From a phage, in the NCBI GenBank assembly GCA_024613925.1, contig GCA_024613925.1_4713.1: 64,000 bases of DNA; one strand, written 5' to 3'. Under the pieces are notes generated by a model. It was given only the letters and a program-made list of their open reading frames with translations. It was not told where the DNA came from and ran no database searches. The translations under genes and the position numbers were made by a program. Of this stretch, positions 8,788 to 17,782 are shown in pieces; position 1 is the stretch's first letter; each line of letters opens with the position of its first letter.

Positions 8788-8806
8788 CCTGCCCCGAAGG
8801 ACAGGC
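8787..8806 (-). terminator. hairpin (GCCTG..CAGGC)
   Basis: Imperfect stem-loop directly downstream of ORF 8817-9017. Confidence 0.35.
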
Positions 8807-8816
8807 TCGATAGAAC

Positions 8817-9017
8817 TTAACGACCATCCAATTTCAATGAAGGATGGTTGACGATATGTGCGTGTTTTGCTGGGTCATATAGCTGATATGGAAAATAGCC
8901 ATGCCATTGACGGCCTTGGCATTTCGTACACAGAAACTGACCAACACCTTGTCGATTCTCGTAAGCGAGTTCGGTACTATCAACATGTTCGCAACGTTCG
9001 CAGATAAACAGCGACAT
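8817..9017 (-). CDS. small zinc-ribbon-like protein (66 aa)
   Basis: Two CxxC pairs (CERC...CTKC). Confidence 0.45.
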   Translation of the reverse strand: MSLFICERCEHVDSTELAYENRQGVGQFLCTKCQGRQWHGYFPYQLYDPAKHAHIVNHPSLKLDGR

Positions 9018-9054
9018 AGCGCATCCCCATTCACTTGAACCTTTTGGTTCGGCA

Positions 9055-10035
9055 TTAGAAAAGCAAGAAACCGCTATTCTTCGCTTCTGCTACAGTTTCG
9101 TCACCGACTTTCGGTGCTTGTTGACGTGCGTTACGGTGTTCGATGTAACGTTTCGCTTCGTCCGCGATTTGTTTGATAATACCCCCTAAACGATCAGTAC
9201 TTAAAACAAACGACGTCGCTTCACGAATTGGGCTGCTTTCAGGCACAAAACCATCGCAGCTGTAAATAGCGCTAACGCCCATGACTTTTGTCGCGTCTTT
9301 CGGATAAAGCGTACAGAAAGCAATCGGGCTATCGTTCTCTTTCGTCCAATCGTATCCCATGAACGTATTCAGTTCGGTGATCGTTGGTTCCAAACCGGTA
9401 ACACGTGGATGGTTTAAGAAGTTTTCCAGGTCAGCGCTGTCAAGACGGCGGTTCTCGCCAGAAAACAGAACACAAAGCTGGCTGATAACAACCTGCACGT
9501 CCAGGTTGACATCCTGCTCCGATTTCCCATTTTCGCCATTCATGTGATAGCTAACAATCACTGGACGTTTCAACCCTTCTGCAGCTGCCATCAGTCCTTT
9601 GAAGGTGCGATCGGCGTTGATCGTTTGACGCTCATCATCGAACGAGGCAACGATGCAACACACCACACGTTCACCGCGTTCCAGCAGGTTAGCAACCAAC
9701 GCAGGACCGGCAACAGAACCTGAACCACCGCTCAAACTAAAGACCACGATATTAAATTTACCTGGCGTATGCTTATTGAGAATACCTGGGATTTGTGAAC
9801 AGATCAGTTCAGCGTTCTCGTCACGCTTCTTACCAGAACCGTCTAACTCACGACCGGCTGCATCTTTAAAGATGTAAATATGATCGTCGCCCAGTGTGCT
9901 ATCGCGTAGGTTAGCGCGGCTGGTATCGACATACGTCATGCTGTGTAATCCTTTCGCGACTTCGCCTTCAAATGCCGAGCCGATTTCGCCACCACAACCA
10001 CCGACAGCCCAAATATGTACTTGGTTCTCTTGCAT
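9055..10035 (-). CDS. phuZ: PhuZ-type phage tubulin/FtsZ-like GTPase (326 aa)
   Basis: N-terminal VGGCGGEIG (FtsZ/tubulin T1 loop, GGGGxN-like) and SLSGGSGSVAGP (tubulin signature GGGTGSG-like); size matches PhuZ; AGGAG RBS. Confidence 0.8.
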   Translation of the reverse strand: MQENQVHIWAVGGCGGEIGSAFEGEVAKGLHSMTYVDTSRANLRDSTLGDDHIYIFKDAAGRELDGSGKKRDENAELICSQIPGILNKHTPGKFNIVVFSLSGGSGSVAGPALVANLLERGERVVCCIVASFDDERQTINADRTFKGLMAAAEGLKRPVIVSYHMNGENGKSEQDVNLDVQVVISQLCVLFSGENRRLDSADLENFLNHPRVTGLEPTITELNTFMGYDWTKENDSPIAFCTLYPKDATKVMGVSAIYSCDGFVPESSPIREATSFVLSTDRLGGIIKQIADEAKRYIEHRNARQQAPKVGDETVAEAKNSGFLLF

Positions 10036-10045
10036 GTGAACTCCT

Positions 10046-10061
10046 AACTTAATATGTATTT
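10046..10061 (+). promoter_or_regulatory. promoter-like motif AACTTAATATGTATTT
   Basis: Near-identical motif (AACTTAATATGTTAAT) in sense orientation upstream of minus gene start 14005 (plus coords 14029-14044). Confidence 0.3.
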
Positions 10062-10099
10062 AACGCACAATGAATCTTTCTTTGCTAAAGGGGTGACCC

Positions 10100-10942
10100 A
10101 TGGGTGCTATTGACTACAGTGTAGATCGTATCTGTCGTACAATACCGGCAGATATCCTACAGTATTGCTATATCGATCGTTACGACTGGCGTAATCGCTA
10201 TCCTCGTTCCGTAGAAGACATCATTACCGATTGGGTAATCCGTAAACGGGTTATCGGCGACATCGATATCTACGGGGGACTACAAACCGTTATCCCCCTT
10301 GATGATGCAGGTGTCACTATCGAAGAAGTCACCATTAACTGTTATGTTTTCCACATTCCGTTGGAAGCCACGCAAGGACGTTACATCACGTCTGCATTAT
10401 CCATTATTTCAGGGAGCGTGAACAACTACGGAATAAACTATAACGGGCAATGGGGTGCTTTCAACCAAACCCAGTTTCAACGTCAGCTTTGTGGGTGGAA
10501 CCCCGCAAGCAACACGTTACAGCAAGGGATGAACGCATTCGGTCCCATGAACGTTCTTAGTACAGCCAACGTTGATATCATCGCCCCTAACACCATCATG
10601 GTGAACAACGTCACGCCTGTACAATTTCCCCTGAGTCTACGTTGTTTCCTTGCCCACGATCCGGAACTTACCAACCTCAGCATGGAGGTTTGGAACGACT
10701 TCTACAAACTCTGTTTATACGCCACACAAAGCGACATCTACAACAGAACCGTTATCCGTCTTGACAGAGGTGTTACAGCACAAGGACAAGAAGTCGGTGC
10801 ATTCAAGGAATACATCGATCGCTTTGCTGATGCTGAAAACACATATCAGGAATTCCTGAACGAAACGTGGGCTGGCGTTGCTGCCTGGAACGACCCACAA
10901 ACTAAACGTCGCGCCATTCGATTACAAACCGGTTACTTCTGA
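10100..10942 (+). CDS. hypothetical protein (280 aa)
   Basis: ORF divergent from phuZ; RBS present. Confidence 0.55.
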   Translation: MGAIDYSVDRICRTIPADILQYCYIDRYDWRNRYPRSVEDIITDWVIRKRVIGDIDIYGGLQTVIPLDDAGVTIEEVTINCYVFHIPLEATQGRYITSALSIISGSVNNYGINYNGQWGAFNQTQFQRQLCGWNPASNTLQQGMNAFGPMNVLSTANVDIIAPNTIMVNNVTPVQFPLSLRCFLAHDPELTNLSMEVWNDFYKLCLYATQSDIYNRTVIRLDRGVTAQGQEVGAFKEYIDRFADAENTYQEFLNETWAGVAAWNDPQTKRRAIRLQTGYF

Positions 10943-11466
10943 TTAACAACAGCTTCCTCCCTCGGTGTTTTCGAGGGAGGTATTTGCCGTTTGAACACTT
11001 TCAGCACGTTCGCAAAATCAGCAGCAATAATACAGGCCGAGGCTGATAGCTTATTGCTGAAAATGAGATCGTCCGGTAAACAATCGAACTGAATACCATA
11101 TTGCGTCTTTGTCTCATCAACGATCAGTGACGGTGTCGATCCTGTCTTCGCGATGTCGGTGATATACAAACGTAAAAATAATTCACCGTCTTCGCTATCC
11201 ATAAAACGATAGGCGTTACCAGAAAACGCAACACTTGGCGTAACGATAAATTGAACACGATCGTCGGTCGGATGGATATTTAACCAACGTTCGATATCAC
11301 TGCTACTCACATTCCGCATATTTACTACGGTAAAAGCAAATAGCGTATCGTGATGTTTGGAATAATGCAGCACATACGCCGCACCTTTCTTTTTGTGAAT
11401 CCCTTCAATGTATTCTATTGTCGTATAGCCGGATTTATATAGCTTTACTTGCGGTTTATCACTCAT
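10933..11466 (-). CDS. hypothetical protein; start set at ATG 11466 (TGATG coupling)
   Basis: Track ORF runs to 11550, but the internal ATG overlaps the stop of upstream gene by 1 nt. Confidence 0.45.
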   Translation of the reverse strand: MSDKPQVKLYKSGYTTIEYIEGIHKKKGAAYVLHYSKHHDTLFAFTVVNMRNVSSSDIERWLNIHPTDDRVQFIVTPSVAFSGNAYRFMDSEDGELFLRLYITDIAKTGSTPSLIVDETKTQYGIQFDCLPDDLIFSNKLSASACIIAADFANVLKVFKRQIPPSKTPREEAVVNQK

Positions 11467-11765
11467 CATAACAACCCTTCCCGTTTCATCGCAGCACGCA
11501 TACTTGCGTAAAGCGCATTCTTCATTGCACCTGGACGCAACGGATAACAAATCTCATATCGACGTCCTTGTTTTACAGCAATTTTCCTTCCGTTCAGAAA
11601 CAACGTACCATTATCCAGCAACAACTCACCTTGTAGTACCATGAGTCCTGCTTTAACATGACGTCCTTCTTCTTTCGTTAAGACCTTATAGCCGTGTTTA
11701 TCCAATAACCACAATTCGTAGATACCATGCGCAGCCTTCGGCATTACTTTCTTCTTCGTCGTCAT
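11466..11765 (-). CDS. hypothetical protein (99 aa)
   Basis: ORF in co-directional array. Confidence 0.45.
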   Translation of the reverse strand: MTTKKKVMPKAAHGIYELWLLDKHGYKVLTKEEGRHVKAGLMVLQGELLLDNGTLFLNGRKIAVKQGRRYEICYPLRPGAMKNALYASMRAAMKREGLL

Positions 11766-11777
11766 GGAAGATCCTCC

Positions 11778-12152
11778 TTAAACTCCTTGTCGGATCATCA
11801 CCAACCGGAGCATGTTGTATTCCAATGTAGCGCTTTCTAATTCGAATTCATATCGATACCAGAAATTCGGCTCTAATTGACCTACAACACATTTACGAAC
11901 ATCTGTCTGCACCTTCCTCGACAACACCTGTAACAGTTGTGTTATCTCCGGCTTGAAGTAATACGCCAAACCTAACTGATCAGAATAAAACAGGCCACAA
12001 TCAAAGATGGCCTGTAAAATAACATATTCAACCATCAGGTGACGCGCATCGGGGTCAGGGAATGGTGAACGTAAAGCGAGATCTAACACATCGACAATTG
12101 GGCCGACATAAATGGCGGCACGGTACTCACGAATAACACTGATGTTATCCAT
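11778..12152 (-). CDS. hypothetical protein (124 aa)
   Basis: ORF in co-directional array. Confidence 0.45.
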   Translation of the reverse strand: MDNISVIREYRAAIYVGPIVDVLDLALRSPFPDPDARHLMVEYVILQAIFDCGLFYSDQLGLAYYFKPEITQLLQVLSRKVQTDVRKCVVGQLEPNFWYRYEFELESATLEYNMLRLVMIRQGV

Positions 12153-12165
12153 GATAACCTATTCG

Positions 12166-12990
12166 TTAACTGTCGCTTTCTGATGTATCAACGTAGTTGA
12201 AAATACGATCCCGTAAACACTCATAACGAGGCAACGCACTAAGAATGATCATCTTCAACTGCATCGCGATCGATATGCGTTCTTCATCCGATGCATCATC
12301 TCCCCATTTACCCGGCTTAACCTGAATAGGTTCATGCGGATCCTGCGGGAATATAAAACTTAACAACAGATAATCCGTACGGAACTCCCACACTTCTCGA
12401 CCGTCGTTATCGGTTTCCTTACGCAACGTGAAGAGTTGACGTTCGGTGGTTGGATCCAGCATCAGCGGTCGACCACGAACAATCTCCAGTTTACGTGGGC
12501 TGACGAACGTTGTACGTTCCGGAAGGTATTTTTCAACATCATCCGTATCCAGCAAGAACAAAATGATGTCGTCGAAATACTTCGGTGCGTACGTGTGTAT
12601 CGGTTCACCATCGCTATACGAAGAGATCTCTTGGAGTATTGGTGTCTTACACGAAAAGTTCTGGCATGAACCACGGGTGATCGGTAAGGTGGCCCATTGG
12701 TGTTCTGTAGACAACTCAACTGGCACCAACGGATAATCATCGATGAAGACCACGCACGTTGTGCTAATGGGTATTCTTCCATCATTACCTGGTTCAAAAA
12801 CCAAACGTATCTTACCGGTAATCAGCGCCATCTCGTCCGGCATTAAATGGCTTGCTGAACGGGCAAGCCTGAAACCGGCCGCCTGTTTATAAGGTTCAGG
12901 TTTATAGCCACGGACAATAAGAGAGACATCCGCAAGTTCAACGCTCACGAATACATCTTTGGTGTCTTCATTGTTCGTCGTTAACGTCAT
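12166..12990 (-). CDS. hypothetical protein (274 aa)
   Basis: ORF in co-directional array. Confidence 0.5.
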   Translation of the reverse strand: MTLTTNNEDTKDVFVSVELADVSLIVRGYKPEPYKQAAGFRLARSASHLMPDEMALITGKIRLVFEPGNDGRIPISTTCVVFIDDYPLVPVELSTEHQWATLPITRGSCQNFSCKTPILQEISSYSDGEPIHTYAPKYFDDIILFLLDTDDVEKYLPERTTFVSPRKLEIVRGRPLMLDPTTERQLFTLRKETDNDGREVWEFRTDYLLLSFIFPQDPHEPIQVKPGKWGDDASDEERISIAMQLKMIILSALPRYECLRDRIFNYVDTSESDS

Positions 12991-14005
12991 TGTTCATTTT
13001 CTCCATTGCAACGAATCGTTCAAGCTCGCGTAATAAACGCTCTTTTAACGCAGGATCAACTTCCGGAGCATGTTTATCGCGATACCATTCGGTCCCGTTG
13101 TATTGCAGGCTAACATGCCATGTTCCTAACGGGCTTTCCTCTGCAGCGGCGATGAAATTCTTAACGCCGGTTTTGGTAGGATACTCCATGATAGGAACGG
13201 CCTGCTTCAGATCCATTACGGTAAGATCCTGGAAGTTATAATCCAGAAGCGTTAATGCGCGTTTGTCGCGTAGCAGTAGCCCGCAATCTAAGATGGTGAA
13301 ATCGATACCCCAGAAACGTAACTTGCCTCCAACCCCAACAGGGGTATGGCCACGATAAACCGCGAGATAAATCTCACCTTTATCGGTTTCTTTGTTGTAC
13401 CCAGCAATAAAAGCAGCTGTGATTAATGGTTGGTGTCCTTTCGCTAAGAAGGCAGGGTGGTTATGATACAACCAGTCACTACGAATCAGATCGGTAACCT
13501 GACCTAAACGTGCTGTTGGTACCATCACCGATCCCAGAGTTTCATCAACAGGAACCTGGTAATATTCAAACAGAACACCATCAATTTCTTCGGTAGCGTA
13601 AGGCGTACGTGTGGGATCGTTAAGGAGTTTACGGAGTTTTGTGTCGATTTCGTTAACACGGCTACCCTGTTCTTTCTCGCGGCTTCCGATAACAAAAGCA
13701 ACAAGATTGCGTACGCTAACAAAAACATCATCTTTCTCGGTGTCGCTAAGATCAGCTTCATCAGGCATTGTTGTCCAATGTAGTGGACCTTCAACAACCT
13801 TAAGCCATTTATCTTCGCGTTCAGGATAAACAAAAGGCTTATGCACAGGAACACTGGTGTGCTGAACACGTAATAACAGATTGCATAACGATGGTAATGT
13901 TTTCTCTAGAGGCGGCACTATACCACTCGTGACAGCGATGACGTGACGATTAAGAACAAGAGAAGCTGAATAGGTGATGTTATCTAATCCTGGTAATTGA
14001 TCCAT
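12968..14005 (-). CDS. hypothetical protein (345 aa)
   Basis: ORF; promoter-like motif AACTTAATATGT 25 nt upstream. Confidence 0.55.
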   Translation of the reverse strand: MDQLPGLDNITYSASLVLNRHVIAVTSGIVPPLEKTLPSLCNLLLRVQHTSVPVHKPFVYPEREDKWLKVVEGPLHWTTMPDEADLSDTEKDDVFVSVRNLVAFVIGSREKEQGSRVNEIDTKLRKLLNDPTRTPYATEEIDGVLFEYYQVPVDETLGSVMVPTARLGQVTDLIRSDWLYHNHPAFLAKGHQPLITAAFIAGYNKETDKGEIYLAVYRGHTPVGVGGKLRFWGIDFTILDCGLLLRDKRALTLLDYNFQDLTVMDLKQAVPIMEYPTKTGVKNFIAAAEESPLGTWHVSLQYNGTEWYRDKHAPEVDPALKERLLRELERFVAMEKMNNDVNDEQ

Positions 14006-14028
14006 GATAGAAATCCTTATTGGTTGCG

Positions 14029-14044
14029 ATTAACATATTAAGTT
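14029..14044 (-). promoter_or_regulatory. promoter-like motif (sense AACTTAATATGTTAAT)
   Basis: Second copy of the motif seen at 10046-10061. Confidence 0.3.
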
Positions 14045-14306
14045 TAAAAGAGGTTATGTTTTACGTCATATTCGATGTATGTATTAATGAATTAGAATAC
14101 TTGTATTTTTAAGTGAGTATAATAATAGTAATAAACCTAAATTAATCTCTATTGCTTATTGTTCTATCTAAAGATAGTAAACAGATATAATGCTCCCCAC
14201 CTCCCCATTCTCCCAAGTAATACTGGCCTACCGGCCCTCTCCTTTTTAAGGGAGAGAGTAAGCATTCAGTATTGCTCAAATGAATAAGCAAAACAGTATA
14301 AACTTA

Positions 14307-14330
14307 CCGTCTCGAGATAACTCGAGACGG
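14307..14330 (-). terminator. perfect hairpin CCGTCTCGAG-ATAA-CTCGAGACGG
   Basis: 10-bp perfect stem 30 nt downstream of the stop of gene 14360-14713; T-rich on minus strand afterwards. Confidence 0.5.
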
Positions 14331-14359
14331 CGTAGTAGTATCTGTTTATCTCTTTTATG

Positions 14360-14713
14360 CTAACAGCCTATTTCTGCATGAACCTTTAACGATTCGAATA
14401 CATCTTCCTTCTTTATCATCGTCTTGTATAAACGTGATTGAGCAATGATCTTTATCCATTGTTGCGGATCGCGTAAATTCACATTTTCAAAACGGGGTGG
14501 GGTATTAGCTCCGTCGAGTCGGATATACCCTAAGAGCAATCCTTCATGGTCTCCTCGACGGATTTCGATATGCGGTTTGAGGAAGACACGATTGTCTGGT
14601 GGATACCAGCTTACGGTGTAGTAATGGTTTCCTGAAACAACGAATTCGTGAACGGTTTTTGTCTCGTCATCAATGACCGCATTTACGCTGGGAATCATTA
14701 ATTTTTGAAGCAT
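14360..14713 (-). CDS. hypothetical protein (117 aa)
   Basis: ORF. Confidence 0.45.
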   Translation of the reverse strand: MLQKLMIPSVNAVIDDETKTVHEFVVSGNHYYTVSWYPPDNRVFLKPHIEIRRGDHEGLLLGYIRLDGANTPPRFENVNLRDPQQWIKIIAQSRLYKTMIKKEDVFESLKVHAEIGC

Positions 14714-15297
14714 GGGACATAAACCTCCATCAACATCGCATAAAGCGCACCAAGCCCATGCAGGACTTGGTTAGGTGCAAAGGTCGGAGTGTAACATACT
14801 TGTTCGGTCGGTGCTTGTTGACGTAAGTCTAACGGATCTCCGTTAATAAGCATCTGCAGGAGATCAGCATCATCTTGCAATGTGTCTTCATCGATATACG
14901 CATCAACACAAAGCAGTCGGTGTAACTGTTCTGGTTTAATTGAAATACCGACAACCATGCAGTTGTTGTAAGTGGCGTTGTCCAGAAAGAAGTGAATGAC
15001 GCCCGCTTGAGGATCGCCACCGTAGTGAAGCCAACGCGTAAAACCGGCCGACATCATCCATAGCGGGTTGTGTTGTAACGCGCTGACGACGCGGGTCTCG
15101 AAATCCAAACCAAACTTCTGGAAGATTGCACCCATCTGGAAACGATCTTCATCGAGACGGTAGCGGAATATACAGGCATCCGAACCGGTTGAATTATCAT
15201 ACACCGAAAGATACCCACGATGGATTTCCACGGTAACATTGTTGTCGTCAAGCGTAGCGCTCGCAACGCCGTTAGAAAAGGTTGGAACAAAGCTCAT
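14698..15297 (-). CDS. hypothetical protein (199 aa)
   Basis: ORF. Confidence 0.5.
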   Translation of the reverse strand: MSFVPTFSNGVASATLDDNNVTVEIHRGYLSVYDNSTGSDACIFRYRLDEDRFQMGAIFQKFGLDFETRVVSALQHNPLWMMSAGFTRWLHYGGDPQAGVIHFFLDNATYNNCMVVGISIKPEQLHRLLCVDAYIDEDTLQDDADLLQMLINGDPLDLRQQAPTEQVCYTPTFAPNQVLHGLGALYAMLMEVYVPCFKN

Positions 15298-15845
15298 CTT
15301 GTAATCCTTAATTTACCTGAATGAATTATCGTTGATGGGTCCACGACGCGACCGTATTTCGCGTTACGTAATACACGATGCCCAAAGAAGTCAGCGGTTT
15401 CCAAAACAACCGTATAACAACCCAGCTGGTGTTGGTGTCCCCAAAACCGTTCAATGGGGATCCAGCAGGGCGACATACCTTTGTGTCGCCAATCCGTAAC
15501 ACAGCCGAATTCAGCAAACTGTTCAGTAAACCACTCGTCAATGTCGGTATCCGTAAAGAGAAACACGTGGTTTTTAACCAGATAAGCGAACCCAGGATAA
15601 AAAAGCTGAGGGTCATCCGGGTCACGTAGATAAATACGAAGTTTGTCTAGCGTACCCTCGACAACGATTGTATCGGGTAATCCTGGCGGCGTGAACCGAA
15701 GTTGGAAGTTATCCTCGTTTGCCGAGGCGTTAACCAAATACCCCAGTTGAAGGGGTCGATGCAGTTCGAAAAGGTTAAACGTTAATGCATATTCGATATA
15801 CTCTAATCCTATATTCATGTCTGGCCTATGTGGTATGGTCGGCAC
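15294..15845 (-). CDS. hypothetical protein (183 aa), probable GTG start
   Basis: ORF; GGAAGG 9 nt upstream of GTG at 15845. Confidence 0.45.
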   Translation of the reverse strand: MPTIPHRPDMNIGLEYIEYALTFNLFELHRPLQLGYLVNASANEDNFQLRFTPPGLPDTIVVEGTLDKLRIYLRDPDDPQLFYPGFAYLVKNHVFLFTDTDIDEWFTEQFAEFGCVTDWRHKGMSPCWIPIERFWGHQHQLGCYTVVLETADFFGHRVLRNAKYGRVVDPSTIIHSGKLRITR

Positions 15846-15872
15846 TGCATTGCCTTCCGCGAGTGTAATCAG

Positions 15873-15898
15873 GAAGGTAATGTAGGTTTATTTTAATC
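15873..15898 (-). promoter_or_regulatory. variant of early-promoter-like element (shares GAAGGTAAT...TTATTTT with 53366-53400)
   Basis: Partial match to the 35-nt early-like element, 30 nt upstream of gene start 15845. Confidence 0.25.
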
Positions 15899-15956
15899 TC
15901 CATTTCGCGATGATATGACAGTCTTTATTACGTTTACCATCTGAGGGAGCATGCTC

Positions 15957-17195
15957 ATGTCTTCTATTTTACAGGTGTTTAATGCGCATGCGGAAGGCAT
16001 TGACATCGACGAGTATTTTGTTAATCAGGTTATCCGTTACGCGACGCGCTTCCGTACGCAAGACCAAGAACATATGCGTTTTTTCGGTGGGGTTCTGTTA
16101 GGTGTACAAAAAATCCGATTCACAACAAGACATAACGATATGTGGTTTTCCGACGTCTTGATGATGGATGAAGAAAGCTTACGGCGCGATTTGAGTAAAC
16201 TGCCCTTTTACAATACGCAGACCAACCGTGTCGCCTCAAACGCCTTTAACCTAAGTTGCTGTTGGTTGCTTTATGCGATCTTCCACAGCAAACAAATCAA
16301 AAAAGAAAAGGTTCGTGAAGCCGGGATGCTTGCAGCAATGCAAGTCCTCCATTATAAATTTATTTGTGGTCTGGTAGCACGACGTTATCCTTATAACGCC
16401 GATCCGGCTATCGCCATTAAGGCGTACGATGAGTTAACACTCAAATCAGGCATCAAGCGCATGAATAGCTGGAATGAGTACATCGACGAACGCTGTAATG
16501 CCATCATTGCGCGTAATAGTACACATTTCAGTCGTTGGTCAACCCTGGAACCTGATAGCGTCGCCGAACGTTTTGTACGTGATGTGAATACCGGAATCCG
16601 TAAGGTTATCAACCGTATCACCGATACGTACTATGCGATGTATGAAGAGGGTAAGAAGATAGGCACGTCCTCTCAAACTGTAGAGTTAGACGATGGTCTC
16701 GCTGTCCGCGATATTAAACGCAACGAAACCACTTATCGTCAATATCTGTTCGAAATCGCTTATGACCGAACAAGTTTCGTTAAACGTGAACTCATGGTCG
16801 TCATACTCGACGTGCATCATACGACCAATCTTTTATCCCTTGAGCGAGCGTTAAGCTATATCAGCGCTAACGTAGAACGACCGACAAGAGACGGAAAACA
16901 GGTCTCTCAGATGTTGCGGCTTGTAATGGAGCATGCTATCGAGTATATCATCTTGAATAAGGTCGATATGCGCGATCTTACGTTCTTATTCTACATGCGT
17001 AACGTGTACACGTCTAACCGTACCAGCAACCCGAAACTGTTGGAACTGCGTAAAATTGGCTCTGAAGTCATTAAGAAAGCAACCAACGCGAGAAACGACG
17101 CTGAAGCTGCGGCGACGCGCACCGGTGTCTTTCTGTATATCCTGCTTCGTGTGTTTAGCCGTAACTATTACGTTCGACGTGCGATGTCACGTTAA
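15957..17195 (+). CDS. hypothetical protein (about 412 aa)
   Basis: ORF; start chosen at ATG 15957 (GAGGGA RBS 8 nt upstream) rather than 15951. Confidence 0.55.
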   Translation: MSSILQVFNAHAEGIDIDEYFVNQVIRYATRFRTQDQEHMRFFGGVLLGVQKIRFTTRHNDMWFSDVLMMDEESLRRDLSKLPFYNTQTNRVASNAFNLSCCWLLYAIFHSKQIKKEKVREAGMLAAMQVLHYKFICGLVARRYPYNADPAIAIKAYDELTLKSGIKRMNSWNEYIDERCNAIIARNSTHFSRWSTLEPDSVAERFVRDVNTGIRKVINRITDTYYAMYEEGKKIGTSSQTVELDDGLAVRDIKRNETTYRQYLFEIAYDRTSFVKRELMVVILDVHHTTNLLSLERALSYISANVERPTRDGKQVSQMLRLVMEHAIEYIILNKVDMRDLTFLFYMRNVYTSNRTSNPKLLELRKIGSEVIKKATNARNDAEAAATRTGVFLYILLRVFSRNYYVRRAMSR

Positions 17196-17347
17196 CAATG
17201 TAACGGTAAAACTTTACTGACGTTGGTTATTATTTGAAGCATAGGGCTTCACCCAGGAGTACCATCCCTTTAAGTCGTTTGTCCTCTCCTGGTTAACTGT
17301 CGTTCTCTCACAGTGCTCGACAGACCAAAAATGCTCAGGCCTCATAG

Positions 17348-17376
17348 CCTCCTCTGGGAATGGAACCCAGAGGAGG
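17348..17376. terminator. hairpin CCTCCTCTGGG-AATGGAA-CCCAGAGGAGG
   Basis: 11-bp perfect stem between convergent genes 15957-17195 (+) and 17389-17709 (-). Confidence 0.5.
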
Positions 17377-17388
17377 ACTATGTTTGCC

Positions 17389-17709
17389 TTAAAATTCAAT
17401 GCGACCTTTTGTCGTAAACAATACACCTCTTTGCCAACAGAAAAGATCCTCCGATTGAGCGCAAACACGAATACCCGCATCGAATAGATGTTTTGTTCTA
17501 GCGCTTAAACAATCAGGATCTTCTACATACAACAGAAGACGTTGGCATTTATTTTGAATGCGTTCGACAAGGATATTCTTATCGCTTAAAATAAAGTGCG
17601 CGTTATCTGTTAAGTTATCGTCGGTTTCCAGCTGCTTGACGAGTTTGATTAAAATACGTAATTGCTCAAGTGTGTCATGATCAAGTGAATCACCCATGGC
17701 GTACCTCAA
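17389..17709 (-). CDS. hypothetical protein (about 106 aa)
   Basis: ORF downstream of terminase. Confidence 0.4.
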   Translation of the reverse strand: MRYAMGDSLDHDTLEQLRILIKLVKQLETDDNLTDNAHFILSDKNILVERIQNKCQRLLLYVEDPDCLSARTKHLFDAGIRVCAQSEDLFCWQRGVLFTTKGRIEF

Positions 17710-17782
17710 CGTTATACGTCGTTTGTATTATAATACGCTATCGTCTCCCCGCCTGTATTAACGGGGAGTCTGCAGACTACTC

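Noticed and set aside
17214-17480. 88-aa minus-strand ORF
   Set aside because: It is built on the terminator hairpin at 17348-17376 and overlaps the 3' end of 17389-17709
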